A stretch of 64,000 nt of DNA, from assembly GCA_963819175.1 (NCBI GenBank), contig CAWFVJ010000021.1, forward strand, positions 129,632 to 193,631, given 5' to 3'. Of this stretch, positions 27,326-36,648 are shown piece after piece. The notes below the pieces were generated by a model. It searched no databases. It worked only from the letters and a program-made list of their open reading frames with translations, and was not told where the DNA came from. The DNA is from an uncultured Acidobacteriota bacterium (GTDB taxonomy: Bacteria > Acidobacteriota > Terriglobia > Terriglobales > Acidobacteriaceae). The translations under genes were made by a program, and so were the position numbers. The first letter of the stretch is position 1; each line of letters opens with the position of its first letter.

Positions 27326-28921
27326 ATGCAGTCGAGGCCGAACGCTGTCATCCAGTTTCTGCAAAAGCAGACGAATCCCGCTTTCAAAGGACTCTATCAG
27401 GCCAACGGCTTCGACATGATGCTGCTGGTGCCTTACTTTATTGTTCTCATCATTTTGGCCGCCTACGGATTCCATAGATACCAGCTCGTCTGGATGTATT
27501 ACCGGCACCGCAAGAATGCGGTTCGCGAGCCGAAGTCCCATTTTCTGGAACTGCCGCGCATCACCATCCAGTTGCCCATCTTCAACGAGCAGTTCGTGAT
27601 CGACCGCCTGGTGGAGTCGATTTGCAAACTGGACTACCCGCGCGAAAAGCTGGACATTCAGGTGCTCGACGACTCGACGGACGAAACCGTAGAGGTCGCG
27701 CGAGCGGTGGTCGAGCGTTATGCGGCCCTGGGACACCAGATCAGCTACCACCACCGCAGCGATCGGCACGGCTTCAAGGCCGGCGCGTTGCAGGAAGGAT
27801 TGAAAAGCGCGAAAGGTGAGTTCGTCGCCATCTTCGACGCCGACTTTACCCCCTCGCCCGATTGGCTGATGAAGGTGATCCACCATTTTGCCGAACCCGG
27901 GATCGGCATGGTGCAGACTCGCTGGACACACATCAACCGGAACTATTCATTTCTGACCGAGATCGAGGCTATCCTGCTGGACGGCCACTTTGTGCTGGAA
28001 CACGGCGGGCGCTCACGCACGGGCGTTTTCTTCAACTTCAACGGCACGGCAGGAATGTGGCGCATCAAGGCCATCGACGACGCGGGCGGCTGGCAGCACG
28101 ATACGCTTACGGAAGACACCGATCTGAGCTATCGCGCCCAACTCAAAGGGTGGAAGTTTCTCTATCTGCAAGACGTGGAGTGCCCGGCTGAGTTGCCCAT
28201 CGAGATGACGGCCTTCAAGACGCAGCAGGCGCGCTGGGCCAAGGGGTTGATCCAGTGCGCCATCAAAGACCTTCCCCAAGTCATGCGCTCCAAAGTCAAC
28301 CTCAGAGAGAAGATCGAAGCCGTGTACCACCTGACGGCCAACCTCAGCTATCCGCTGATGATTATGCTTTCCGTGCTGCTGCTGCCGGCGATGGTCATCC
28401 GCTTTTACCAGGGATGGTTCCAGATGCTCTACATCGACGTGCCGCTGTTCCTGGCCTCTACGTTCTCCATATCCAGCTTCTACCTGGTTTCGCAAAAGGA
28501 GTTGTTTCCGCGGCGCTGGTTTCGGACGTTCCTCTACCTGCCCTGCCTGATGGCGCTTGGGATTGGCCTGACCATCACCAACTCCAAGGCGGTGATTGAA
28601 GCTTTGATCGGAAAGCAGACGGCCTTTGCGCGGACTCCCAAGTACCGCGTGCAGAACAAGAGCGACAGATCGGTCGCGGCAAAGAAGTATCGCAAACGGC
28701 TCGGCATCGTGCCCTGGATCGAGTTGGCCATCGGCTGCTACTTCGCCATGACGGTCGTCTATGCGATCCAAAACGAGAACTACATTACGGTTCCGTTCCT
28801 CATCCTTTTCGTGTTCGGTTACTGGTACACAGGCATGATGTCATTGCTTCAGGGAAGATTCGACGCCATGATCCGCTCCAATCCGGAGCAGCACACCAAA
28901 CCATTCCCGGTGGGAGTGTAG
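27326..28921 (+). CDS. membrane GT2 processive beta-glycosyltransferase (cellulose-synthase-like)
   Basis: QLPIFNE, VLDDSTD, FDADF, TEDTDLSYRAQLKGW and QQARWAKG motifs, with TM helices at both ends. ATG 27326 preferred to the TTG track start 27257. Confidence 0.85.
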   Translation: MQSRPNAVIQFLQKQTNPAFKGLYQANGFDMMLLVPYFIVLIILAAYGFHRYQLVWMYYRHRKNAVREPKSHFLELPRITIQLPIFNEQFVIDRLVESICKLDYPREKLDIQVLDDSTDETVEVARAVVERYAALGHQISYHHRSDRHGFKAGALQEGLKSAKGEFVAIFDADFTPSPDWLMKVIHHFAEPGIGMVQTRWTHINRNYSFLTEIEAILLDGHFVLEHGGRSRTGVFFNFNGTAGMWRIKAIDDAGGWQHDTLTEDTDLSYRAQLKGWKFLYLQDVECPAELPIEMTAFKTQQARWAKGLIQCAIKDLPQVMRSKVNLREKIEAVYHLTANLSYPLMIMLSVLLLPAMVIRFYQGWFQMLYIDVPLFLASTFSISSFYLVSQKELFPRRWFRTFLYLPCLMALGIGLTITNSKAVIEALIGKQTAFARTPKYRVQNKSDRSVAAKKYRKRLGIVPWIELAIGCYFAMTVVYAIQNENYITVPFLILFVFGYWYTGMMSLLQGRFDAMIRSNPEQHTKPFPVGV

Positions 28922-28933
28922 CGGCAAAAGACT

Positions 28934-29461
28934 ATGCGCGTACGACTGGTCTTCGCCCTGATTGCCTTGCTGACACTGGCCGGCATTTACTTCTGGTACA
29001 GCCCCTATCACCAGGTGCGCTCGATCGTGACCGTGGTGGAGATCAACGCACCGGGCGACCGCGTCTGGCAGGTGCTGACCGATCTGGATGGTTATCGCGC
29101 CTGGAATCCTTTTCTCACATCCGCTAGCGGCGCGATTGCACCCGGCAGCAAAATTACGATTTCGGCGAAAGTGGGAAAGCGCACCATCACTTTTCATCCG
29201 CGCATCACCGTCGTCGCGCCGAAGAAAAAACTGGTGTGGGTTGACCGGCTGCTCTTCTCGGAGTTGTTCGAAGGCGAGCACGAATTCGATGTGATCGAGC
29301 GTGATCAATCGCACACCCGCGTGATTCAATCGGAGCATTTCAAGGGAATGCTGGTCGCCGCCTTGTGGACCCGGTTTTCTCCCGCGCTGATGCAAGGCTT
29401 CCGTGCCATGAACGAAACGATGAAGCACCGTAGCGAGCAAATCGTTGCCACTCAACACTGA
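28934..29461 (+). CDS. SRPBCC-superfamily (polyketide cyclase/dehydrase-like) protein with N-terminal TM
   Basis: INAPGDRVWQVLTDLDGYRAWNPF is a typical SRPBCC start. Confidence 0.72.
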   Translation: MRVRLVFALIALLTLAGIYFWYSPYHQVRSIVTVVEINAPGDRVWQVLTDLDGYRAWNPFLTSASGAIAPGSKITISAKVGKRTITFHPRITVVAPKKKLVWVDRLLFSELFEGEHEFDVIERDQSHTRVIQSEHFKGMLVAALWTRFSPALMQGFRAMNETMKHRSEQIVATQH

Positions 29462-29566
29462 AGCGCCATAACCGCGCAAGATACGCCACGCGAAAATCGG
29501 AAACCTGCCGACTCGACGCATATTGCTATCGCGCCGGGCAGCGGGCTTGCTGTATGCTAGATTCCT

Positions 29567-29716
29567 GTGATCGTGAAGATCTTGTATGCGGTCTTGGTGC
29601 TCTCGACAATTGCCGTGGTTGGTGTTGCGCTTGCAATCTATTGGCGTGTTCGGCGGCACTTGTCGCAGAAAACCGATCAGCAAATCTCCGAACCCTTGGA
29701 ACGCAAGGTTGAGTAA
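29567..29716 (+). CDS. possible 49-aa single-pass membrane peptide
   Basis: Own translation VIVKILYAVLVLSTIAVVGVALAIYWRVRRHLSQKTDQQISEPLERKVE. GTG start, no clear RBS. Confidence 0.25.
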   Translation: MIVKILYAVLVLSTIAVVGVALAIYWRVRRHLSQKTDQQISEPLERKVE

Positions 29717-29881
29717 TCTTGCGCCGGATGGGGTGTTCCCAATCGGGGGATAAAGATACCAAGAGATGATTGTGGGAAATACAGGAGCAGTGTCGGCTGC
29801 CAAGTTCAAGCTTGAAGATTAGCGTGTGCTTAAAAATTGAGTTCGCTGGTTCGAGCAAACCAGCTCGAGTTTTGGAGTGAT

Positions 29882-30748
29882 ATGACCGTCGAGGATAGCA
29901 AAGAAATAAAAGTCGCACACAGTCCTGATTCGGACGACGCATTCATGTTTTACGCCTTGGCTACCAACAAGGTGCGTGTTCCCGGGCTGAAGTTTACGCA
30001 CACGCTCTGCGATATAGAGACGTTGAATCGTATGGCCATGGAAGGCTACTACGACGTCACCGCCATCTCGTTTCATGCCTATCCCTATATTCAGGACAAG
30101 TACCTGCTCATGCCGAACGGCGGGAGCGTTGGCGAGGGATACGGGCCCATGATCATCTCCACCAAGCACTTGAGCGTGGATGAGGTCAAGAAGGTGCGTA
30201 TTGCGGTCCCTGGGACGATGACGACCGCCTATCTTATTCTGAAGCTCTTCGCCCCGGAGGCCGAGACCCAGGTGGTTCCCTTCGACCAGATCATTCCCGA
30301 GGTCCTTGCCGGAAAATTCGACGCCGGACTCATCATTCATGAGGGCCAGCTCACTTATTCCAACAGCGGGTTGAGCCGGGTGGTCGATATGGGAAAGTGG
30401 TGGAGCGACCTGACAGGGATGCCTTTGCCCCTGGGCGGCAACGTAATCAAGCGCGATTTGGGGCCGGAGGTGTCGGCGCTGGTCTGCAAGGCCCTGCGCG
30501 ACAGCATTCAGTACGCTCTCGACCATCGTGAACAAGCGTTGGAATATGCCATGCAGTTCGCGCGCGATCTGGATACGCAATTGGCCGACAAATTCGTGGG
30601 CATGTACGTCAACGAACGCACCCTCGACTACGGAGAGGACGGACGGGCCGCCGTGGCCAAGCTCCTCGATATGGGCTACGAGCATGGAATTATTCCGCAC
30701 CGGGCAAAATTGGATTGGGCCGGCACCGCCGTTGTCGAGTCCGCCTGA
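29882..30748 (+). CDS. mqnD: MqnA/MqnD-family protein, probably 1,4-dihydroxy-6-naphthoate synthase MqnD
   Basis: KVAHSPDSDDAFMFYAL, DVTAISFHAYP, AGLIIHEGQLTY pattern of PF02621. ATG 29882. Confidence 0.75.
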   Translation: MTVEDSKEIKVAHSPDSDDAFMFYALATNKVRVPGLKFTHTLCDIETLNRMAMEGYYDVTAISFHAYPYIQDKYLLMPNGGSVGEGYGPMIISTKHLSVDEVKKVRIAVPGTMTTAYLILKLFAPEAETQVVPFDQIIPEVLAGKFDAGLIIHEGQLTYSNSGLSRVVDMGKWWSDLTGMPLPLGGNVIKRDLGPEVSALVCKALRDSIQYALDHREQALEYAMQFARDLDTQLADKFVGMYVNERTLDYGEDGRAAVAKLLDMGYEHGIIPHRAKLDWAGTAVVESA

Positions 30749-30751
30749 ATT

Positions 30752-31474
30752 ATGATTCACGGCGAGATGAAATGCGCTCCCAGAACACGGCAGACACTGT
30801 TGATCGACGCCGACGATACCCTCTGGGAGAACAACATCTACTTTGAACGGGCGATTGCCGATTTCATCTCATTTCTCAACCACCGCGAGTTCACGCCCGC
30901 CGATATTCGGCGGGTGCTGTACGAGGTTGAGCGCAAGAACATCCCCACTCATGGTTATGGCATGCGCAGCTTCATGCACGCACTGGTCGGAACCTTTGAA
31001 AGGCTCTCGGTAGAACCGCTCACTCCCGGCCTTCACGACACGATTTGCGGATTCGCGCACGCTATCGCCGAACATCCGATGGAGCTGATCGAGGAAGTGG
31101 AGCCCACGCTCGAGTATCTGCAACCGCGTCATCAATTGATCATGATGACGAAGGGCAACATCACGGAGCAGTTTGGCAAGATCGAGCGTTCCGGTCTGAA
31201 GCGCTACTTCAGCGCGGTGGAGATTGTCGCCGAAAAGGATTCCGCAACTTACAGCCGGGTGGTGGAAAAATACGAACTCGCCCACGAGACGACCTGGATG
31301 GTCGGCAACAGTCCGAAATCGGACATTAATCCCGCCCTGGGCGCGGGACTCAATGCGGTTTTCATACCACACTCCGACACTTGGGTCCTGGAGCACGAAC
31401 CGCTGCTGCGTCCAGATGAAGCAGATAGGCTGATGGAACTGAGCAGGTTCAGCGAGCTGCGCGGCATCTTCTAA
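30752..31474 (+). CDS. HAD-superfamily hydrolase
   Basis: Motif I LLIDADDTLWEN; later MMTKG and MVGNSPKSDI motifs. Confidence 0.8.
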   Translation: MIHGEMKCAPRTRQTLLIDADDTLWENNIYFERAIADFISFLNHREFTPADIRRVLYEVERKNIPTHGYGMRSFMHALVGTFERLSVEPLTPGLHDTICGFAHAIAEHPMELIEEVEPTLEYLQPRHQLIMMTKGNITEQFGKIERSGLKRYFSAVEIVAEKDSATYSRVVEKYELAHETTWMVGNSPKSDINPALGAGLNAVFIPHSDTWVLEHEPLLRPDEADRLMELSRFSELRGIF

Positions 31475-31593
31475 GCGATTCAGAGCAGCAATTCAAGAAA
31501 AATACCTTAGGGTATCTAAGAAGTCACCTACTCGCACGAAAGTAGCTGTTGCCCGTGTTAGGCTCCAGGAGCTACTCTGCATAGGCTGGCACT

Positions 31594-32886
31594 ATGAGCG
31601 ACGACTCCTTGCGCCTCCAACATGCACTCGAAGCTCTGGGTGAGCTTGGACCAGCGCTGACGGCGAATAGCGATTTTCGCGAGACGACCGGCAAGATTCT
31701 GACGATGGTCATGAAGATAGCCGGCAGCCGTAGCGCCGTTCTCTTCCAATTCGGAGAGAAGCCGCTGATGCTTCGTTCGCTGGCCTCCTCGGGATTTTCC
31801 AAATTTTCTGAAGACGCCACCGTTCCCCTGCTTCCCAGACACGGCTACGCACTCGGCAAGCTCCGCGAGCCGGTGCGGCTCGATGGCGAAATGCGCGAGC
31901 AGTTTTTCTCGACGGACGGCAATTTCAATCCCTCCTGGCTGGAATGGATCGTCCCACTGCGCATCGGGCGCAAACTGGTAGGAATCTTCGGCCTGGGCGA
32001 GCATTTGGACGGCATCGAATACGACGCGGAGGAAGTGCATTCCCTGCAAGTGGTGTCACACTACTGCGCCCTCGCCGTTCACAACCACAGCCTGTCGGAA
32101 ACACTGGCAGCACGGATTTCTGAAAATCTCAGATTGCTAAGCAGTGTTCACGCCTTCTATGACTCGACGCTTGAGGTCCTGGCCGCCGCCATCGATATCA
32201 AGGATATCAACGTCCATGGCCACTCCATGCGCGTAGGCACATACGGGACGGCAATCGCCCAGGCTCTCGGGATGAGCGAAAACGAGATGGCCGGAGTTCG
32301 TGCCGCGGGCTTCCTGCACGACATAGGAAAGGTCGCCGTGGATCGCTACCTTTTCAACAAGGCGGACCCGCTCAACCCCGCCGAGTTCCGCCAGATTGCC
32401 GACCACACAGTGCTTGGGTATGACATTGTCAAGGATGTCGAGTTCCCCTGGGCAAGTATTCCAGAGGTCGTTCGCTCACATCATGAACGTGCCGATGGCT
32501 CTGGTTATCCGGACGGGCTCCTGCTCAGCGACATGCGGCCAGAGGTGAGAATTGTGGCGCTGGCCGATACGTTCGAGGCGATGACCAGCGAGCGCACTTA
32601 TCGCCGAAGCATGTCGGTCGGCGAGGCCCTGACGACGATCGTCAATCTCACCCCCACGAAGCTGGATCCCGAATCCGTTCAGGCGCTGATCGTGCAAGTC
32701 CGGCGCGATGCCGTGGCCACGCTCACCCCTCCGCCAGACTCCGGAGTAGAGTCCGTTCTTCAGCGGCCCCGGTTTCTACACGAAGGTCTCACCTGCAACC
32801 TCTTTCCCTCCGACATCGACCAAATCGCGTCACTGCTGAACCATAAGCTCACGCAGGGACGCACCTATTTCGACGTGGTCCACTAG
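31594..32886 (+). CDS. GAF plus HD-GYP domain protein (putative c-di-GMP phosphodiesterase)
   Basis: HGHSMRVG, GFLHDIGKVAV, HHERADGSGYPDGL. Confidence 0.88.
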   Translation: MSDDSLRLQHALEALGELGPALTANSDFRETTGKILTMVMKIAGSRSAVLFQFGEKPLMLRSLASSGFSKFSEDATVPLLPRHGYALGKLREPVRLDGEMREQFFSTDGNFNPSWLEWIVPLRIGRKLVGIFGLGEHLDGIEYDAEEVHSLQVVSHYCALAVHNHSLSETLAARISENLRLLSSVHAFYDSTLEVLAAAIDIKDINVHGHSMRVGTYGTAIAQALGMSENEMAGVRAAGFLHDIGKVAVDRYLFNKADPLNPAEFRQIADHTVLGYDIVKDVEFPWASIPEVVRSHHERADGSGYPDGLLLSDMRPEVRIVALADTFEAMTSERTYRRSMSVGEALTTIVNLTPTKLDPESVQALIVQVRRDAVATLTPPPDSGVESVLQRPRFLHEGLTCNLFPSDIDQIASLLNHKLTQGRTYFDVVH

Positions 32887-32924
32887 AACTATGTCCCCGA
32901 AGTTCGTTGCATAAGTTTCAGGAT

Positions 32925-33006
32925 GTCATCCTGAGCGCAGCGAAGGATCTGTGCATTACGAATCAAATACATAGATTCTTCGTTCGCTGCGCTCGCTCAG
33001 AATGAC
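32925..33006. repeat. palindromic repeat GTCATCCTGAGCGCAGCGAAGGATCTG..AGATTCTTCG..CTCGCTCAGAATGAC
   Basis: Same family as 23822-23888, followed by a TTTTTCAGCC module. Confidence 0.8.
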
Positions 33007-33049
33007 ATTTCTGGAGAACAGTTTTTCAGCCTGTTAGACCCCGTTGCAT

Positions 33050-33703
33050 TCAGGGATGCTGCTTGGGGGCGGTCTCCACATAGGGATACTGCAATCGCAT
33101 CGGCTCAAAAACCTTGGTGTCGATCATGGCCACTTGATCGGCAATGAGCGTCGCCAACTCGTCCGGAGGAGCATTCCCGATTGCCTCGGGAGCCAATTCT
33201 TCGGTCAGAATTTTGTAGCCGTCGAAGTTCGCCACCTTCCATGTTCTGAAGGCCTTGGATGCAACCAACACGGCGGCAACACGCCCGGCCGCAGTCTTCA
33301 TCTGGTATGCCTGCACCGCGATCTGAAGGTCAGCCTGGGGCTTGGCGACCACCTCGACATCCTTATACGGCTTCAATGCTCTGAGGTACGCCGCCTTGAT
33401 TTCATTGGACATTCCCTCCTCGAACATCACTTCGACATAAATGCGCTTGGGAGGGTGCGGATCGATGGTATCGCGGCTTGGATTGCGCTGTAACGTCCAG
33501 GCGATCAGGTTCGCATATTCGCCGTCGGAAAGTTGGCAAAGCCCAAATTTCTCGAATTGCCCGGTCGTCATGCCAAATAACTGGGTCATGCTGGCTTCGT
33601 ATTTCTCTTTGACGCCCGCATCGCAGATGGTTTTCCGTGTCTGCCCGAGTGCTGGAAGGCACAGCAGCAGTATTCCGAGTGTCAATAGGAATCGGCGTTT
33701 CAT
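33050..33703 (-). CDS. secreted hypothetical protein (217 aa)
   Basis: MKRRFLLTLGILLLCLPALGQ signal peptide at ATG 33703. The track N-terminal extension was rejected. Confidence 0.6.
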   Translation of the reverse strand: MKRRFLLTLGILLLCLPALGQTRKTICDAGVKEKYEASMTQLFGMTTGQFEKFGLCQLSDGEYANLIAWTLQRNPSRDTIDPHPPKRIYVEVMFEEGMSNEIKAAYLRALKPYKDVEVVAKPQADLQIAVQAYQMKTAAGRVAAVLVASKAFRTWKVANFDGYKILTEELAPEAIGNAPPDELATLIADQVAMIDTKVFEPMRLQYPYVETAPKQHP

Positions 33704-33925
33704 AAGATCTCCGCTGGTCTCTGACCGTAGCACAACTTTGTCCGGCTTTGTAGCTGTTTTCTCAGGGGAAACGTGGCCGCGTACGCCGTTGACGATCTTT
33801 GCAACCTGACTGGATGCTGAATTGCTCCGCTCCGAATGCCGGCCGCCAGGCGATCCCCAAAAAAATAGCACAGCCGAAGCTGTGCTGAACTCGAACTTCA
33901 ACTGCGCTCGCCAGACGAGCGAGGC

Positions 33926-34486
33926 CTACTTTGGCTGGAGCGTCTGCGAAATCTGGACGTTGCGCTTGAAGTCCTCCACCATGCCCTCGGCGAGGCGCAC
34001 CTGGGTCGGCCGCTTGGCGATGCTCATGGTGTCGATCTTGTCCTGTAGCTTTAGCAGTGCGTAGAACAGGTTTTCCGGGCGCGGCGGGCAGCCGACTGTG
34101 TAAACGTCAACCGGGACGATCTTGTCCACGCCTTGCAATACCGCGTAAGTGTTGAACGGACCGCCGACCGAAGCGCAGGCGCCCATGGCGATCACCCATT
34201 TCGGGTCCGGCATCTGGGCGTAAATCCGCTGGACGACGGGGGCCATCTTGAGGCTGACCGTGCCCGCCACGATCATCAGATCGCTCTGGCGCGGGCTGGG
34301 GCGAAACACTTCGGAACCGAACCGGGCAATGTCATAGCGCGCCGCCGAAGCCGCAATCATTTCAATGGCACAGCAGGCAAGGCCGAAGGTCATGGGCCAG
34401 ATCGCCGATTTGCGCGCCCAGTTAAAAACGTAGTCAACGGTCGTAATGACGAAATTCTTCTCGAACTTGTTCTCAATCCAGCCCAT
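33926..34486 (-). CDS. nuoB: NADH-quinone oxidoreductase subunit B
   Basis: [33 protein letters not shown]-type motif (here [11 protein letters not shown]), the N2 cluster ligands. Confidence 0.92.
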   Translation of the reverse strand: MGWIENKFEKNFVITTVDYVFNWARKSAIWPMTFGLACCAIEMIAASAARYDIARFGSEVFRPSPRQSDLMIVAGTVSLKMAPVVQRIYAQMPDPKWVIAMGACASVGGPFNTYAVLQGVDKIVPVDVYTVGCPPRPENLFYALLKLQDKIDTMSIAKRPTQVRLAEGMVEDFKRNVQISQTLQPK

Positions 34487-34974
34487 GAAAACCCTCTATA
34501 TCCTCTCGGGAACGCCGCCGCCGGCGTGGCTCCAGCCCCAGCAGGCGCAAAGCCTTTGCCGGGAAACCCGAGTGCCCGATCAATTCGCGAGGTATATTTT
34601 CCGCGTATCCAGTCTAGTTTCGCCCATGGATAAACCGGCCCGCTGTGATTTGCGTCACAACGGCCTAGCCAATGCCGCTACCCTGAAAAAACGTCGAGGA
34701 AGCCCAAATCAGGTTACCACCTTCCCCAGAAACACAGCTCCATTTGACAGGCCAATTTGGCGGAAGGCGCATCCGGAGCTGGTGTTGATCATTCCGGGTA
34801 GAGGCTTCGGCGCGTTTTTCAGCAGCCGGTGAAAGCCGCTCGCAATCAGCTTCTTCGTTCCGTGCCTGAGACTCAAAAAACACCCTAACACTCGCGCGGA
34901 TGGCAACCCGCTCTCAACCCAGAGCCTCTCTCTTGTGTCACCCTCCCCTGGCACACGGAAAAAGAAAGGGAGCT

Positions 34975-35346
34975 ATGAATGCAGGTTTGTTGAAGGTACT
35001 GTTGATAGACCGCGACCCTGAGCTGCGCAAGGAGCGCATCTCGCTTCTGAAAAAGAATGGATACAGGGTATTTCCCGCCCTCGAGTTGCAGCAAGCTAAG
35101 GGGCGGTGCAGGCCCGGCGCTTACGATTTGATCGTTGTGAACGCCGGTGAGCAGCCGGAGATGGCGCTTGAATTCTGCGAGTCGATCCGAAGCAACGATC
35201 CCAAGCAAGCTGTTCTGCTGATGGTCGGCGCAATCGACAGACTGCCGCGCCGTGATTACATGGTTTCAGACATCAAGGAACGGCTGCTGGAGAGGATCGA
35301 ATCCATGTTCGAACGACGCGCGGAGATCGTCGCCAAAGCTGCGTGA
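34975..35346 (+). CDS. single-domain response-regulator-like (REC) protein
   Basis: VLLIDRDPE..YDLIVVNAG..AVLLMVG pattern. AAGGGAG upstream of ATG 34975. Confidence 0.72.
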   Translation: MNAGLLKVLLIDRDPELRKERISLLKKNGYRVFPALELQQAKGRCRPGAYDLIVVNAGEQPEMALEFCESIRSNDPKQAVLLMVGAIDRLPRRDYMVSDIKERLLERIESMFERRAEIVAKAA

Positions 35347-35425
35347 GCAGGGACATTTCAGATTGAAGCGTTGCAGATTTCAGATTTGAAGAGCTGGGAG
35401 ATTCCAGATTGCGACCACCGCAGTA

Positions 35426-35449
35426 CTCGCGCCAGAGGTCTGGCGCGAG
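35426..35449. terminator. strong hairpin between convergent genes (bidirectional terminator candidate)
   Basis: CTCGCGCCAGA / TCTGGCGCGAG arms, embedded between inverted ATTTCAGATTGAAG / CTTCAATCTGAAAT copies. Confidence 0.5.
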
Positions 35450-35515
35450 CAATCTTCAATCTGAAATCTTCTTTTTGAAACGCCTGTAAGCAGCGTTCCT
35501 CCCGGGAAAAATCTC

Positions 35516-36259
35516 TCAATAGAGCTCGACTTCGCTGGGCGGCGTCAGGACATTCGGCTTGCGCGCGACCAACAACAGCGCACCGATTCGCTTGAATTCG
35601 CGCGCTTCCTGCGCATTGCTGAACCCGTGTCCCTTGTAGTCGTCCGGAGTCGGCGACTCATCCGGGACGTGATGGATTTCGATCTCCTCGAACGTTTGAC
35701 GCTTCAGCATCTCCGCATATTCATTCTCCGAGCGCAGATGAACCGGAACGCCCAGTTTGTCCACCCAGCGCAGTGAAGAGGGATTCTCTTTGTAGAGATT
35801 GATCAGGATGTATAGCCGGGCCTTGGGAGCCATGACCCGGAAAATCTCGGCAAGCACCCGCTCCTGATCGGGATAGTAGTAGAACGCCTCAATCGAGAGC
35901 ACTCTGTTGAAGTAGTTTTCTTCCCACGGAATCTGTTCCGCTGAACTCCAGACAAAGAGAATGTTGTCGAACTCCTTCGATGCCTCGCGGGCGCGCGCGA
36001 TCATCTCGTCGGAGATGTCAAGGCCAATGACCTGTCCAAAACCCACCGGCCCCTCAGCCACCAGACGCGCGAGAACCCGGGTCGCCCAGCCGGTGCCGCA
36101 GCCGAGGTCCAGCACACGTTCGCCCGGCTTCAAGTCCATGCGGCGGATGGTCTGCTCCGCAATGCTGAGGTGGTGACCCTCCATGCCGTCCGCGCGGCCG
36201 GTCAGCACCCAGTTGTTGAACTCCTGTCGCAGCTTCTCGTCTGCATCTTTGCCCTGCAT
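35516..36259 (-). CDS. class I SAM-dependent methyltransferase
   Basis: Motif I VLDLGCGTGW, then FDNILFVWS. ATG 36259 preferred to the track start 36439. Confidence 0.85.
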   Translation of the reverse strand: MQGKDADEKLRQEFNNWVLTGRADGMEGHHLSIAEQTIRRMDLKPGERVLDLGCGTGWATRVLARLVAEGPVGFGQVIGLDISDEMIARAREASKEFDNILFVWSSAEQIPWEENYFNRVLSIEAFYYYPDQERVLAEIFRVMAPKARLYILINLYKENPSSLRWVDKLGVPVHLRSENEYAEMLKRQTFEEIEIHHVPDESPTPDDYKGHGFSNAQEAREFKRIGALLLVARKPNVLTPPSEVELY

Positions 36260-36300
36260 GGTTTTGGACCTCTCCTCGCTTATGTTACAGTCGCAGAACC

Positions 36301-36471
36301 ATGGTGGAAAATACAAGCAATTCGAAGCCAGGTGATCGAGAGTCCGCGCTCTACTGCCCAAACTGCGCACGCAAAGTGGAAGACCCGCTGGTGTGCGGAG
36401 ATTGCACGGCCGTGATCTGCCGCGCTTGTGGAACTCCACTGGAATCCGCCGACGAGCTGGCGATGGGATAA
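36301..36471 (+). CDS. 56-aa double zinc-ribbon protein (below track cut-off)
   Basis: Own translation MVENTSNSKPGDRESALYCPNCARKVEDPLVCGDCTAVICRACGTPLESADELAMG. Divergent from the methyltransferase, 41 bp apart. Confidence 0.45.
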   Translation: MVENTSNSKPGDRESALYCPNCARKVEDPLVCGDCTAVICRACGTPLESADELAMG

Positions 36472-36474
36472 GAC

Positions 36475-36607
36475 ATTTCAGATTTCAGATTTCAGATTTC
36501 AGATTTCAGATTTCAGATTTCAGATTTCAGATTTCAGATTTCAGATTGCAGATTGCAAATTGCAGATTGCAGATTGCGAATTGCAAATTTCAGATTGCGG
36601 ATTGCGA
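36475..36607. repeat. heptanucleotide microsatellite, 19 units
   Basis: 10 perfect ATTTCAG units (36475-36544), then 9 variant units: ATTGCAG, ATTGCAA, ATTGCAG, ATTGCAG, ATTGCGA, ATTGCAA, ATTTCAG, ATTGCGG, ATTGCGA. Confidence 0.97.
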
Positions 36608-36648
36608 GGGGTAGGGCACCCGAAAGGCGACCGAATCGATTCGGCTTC

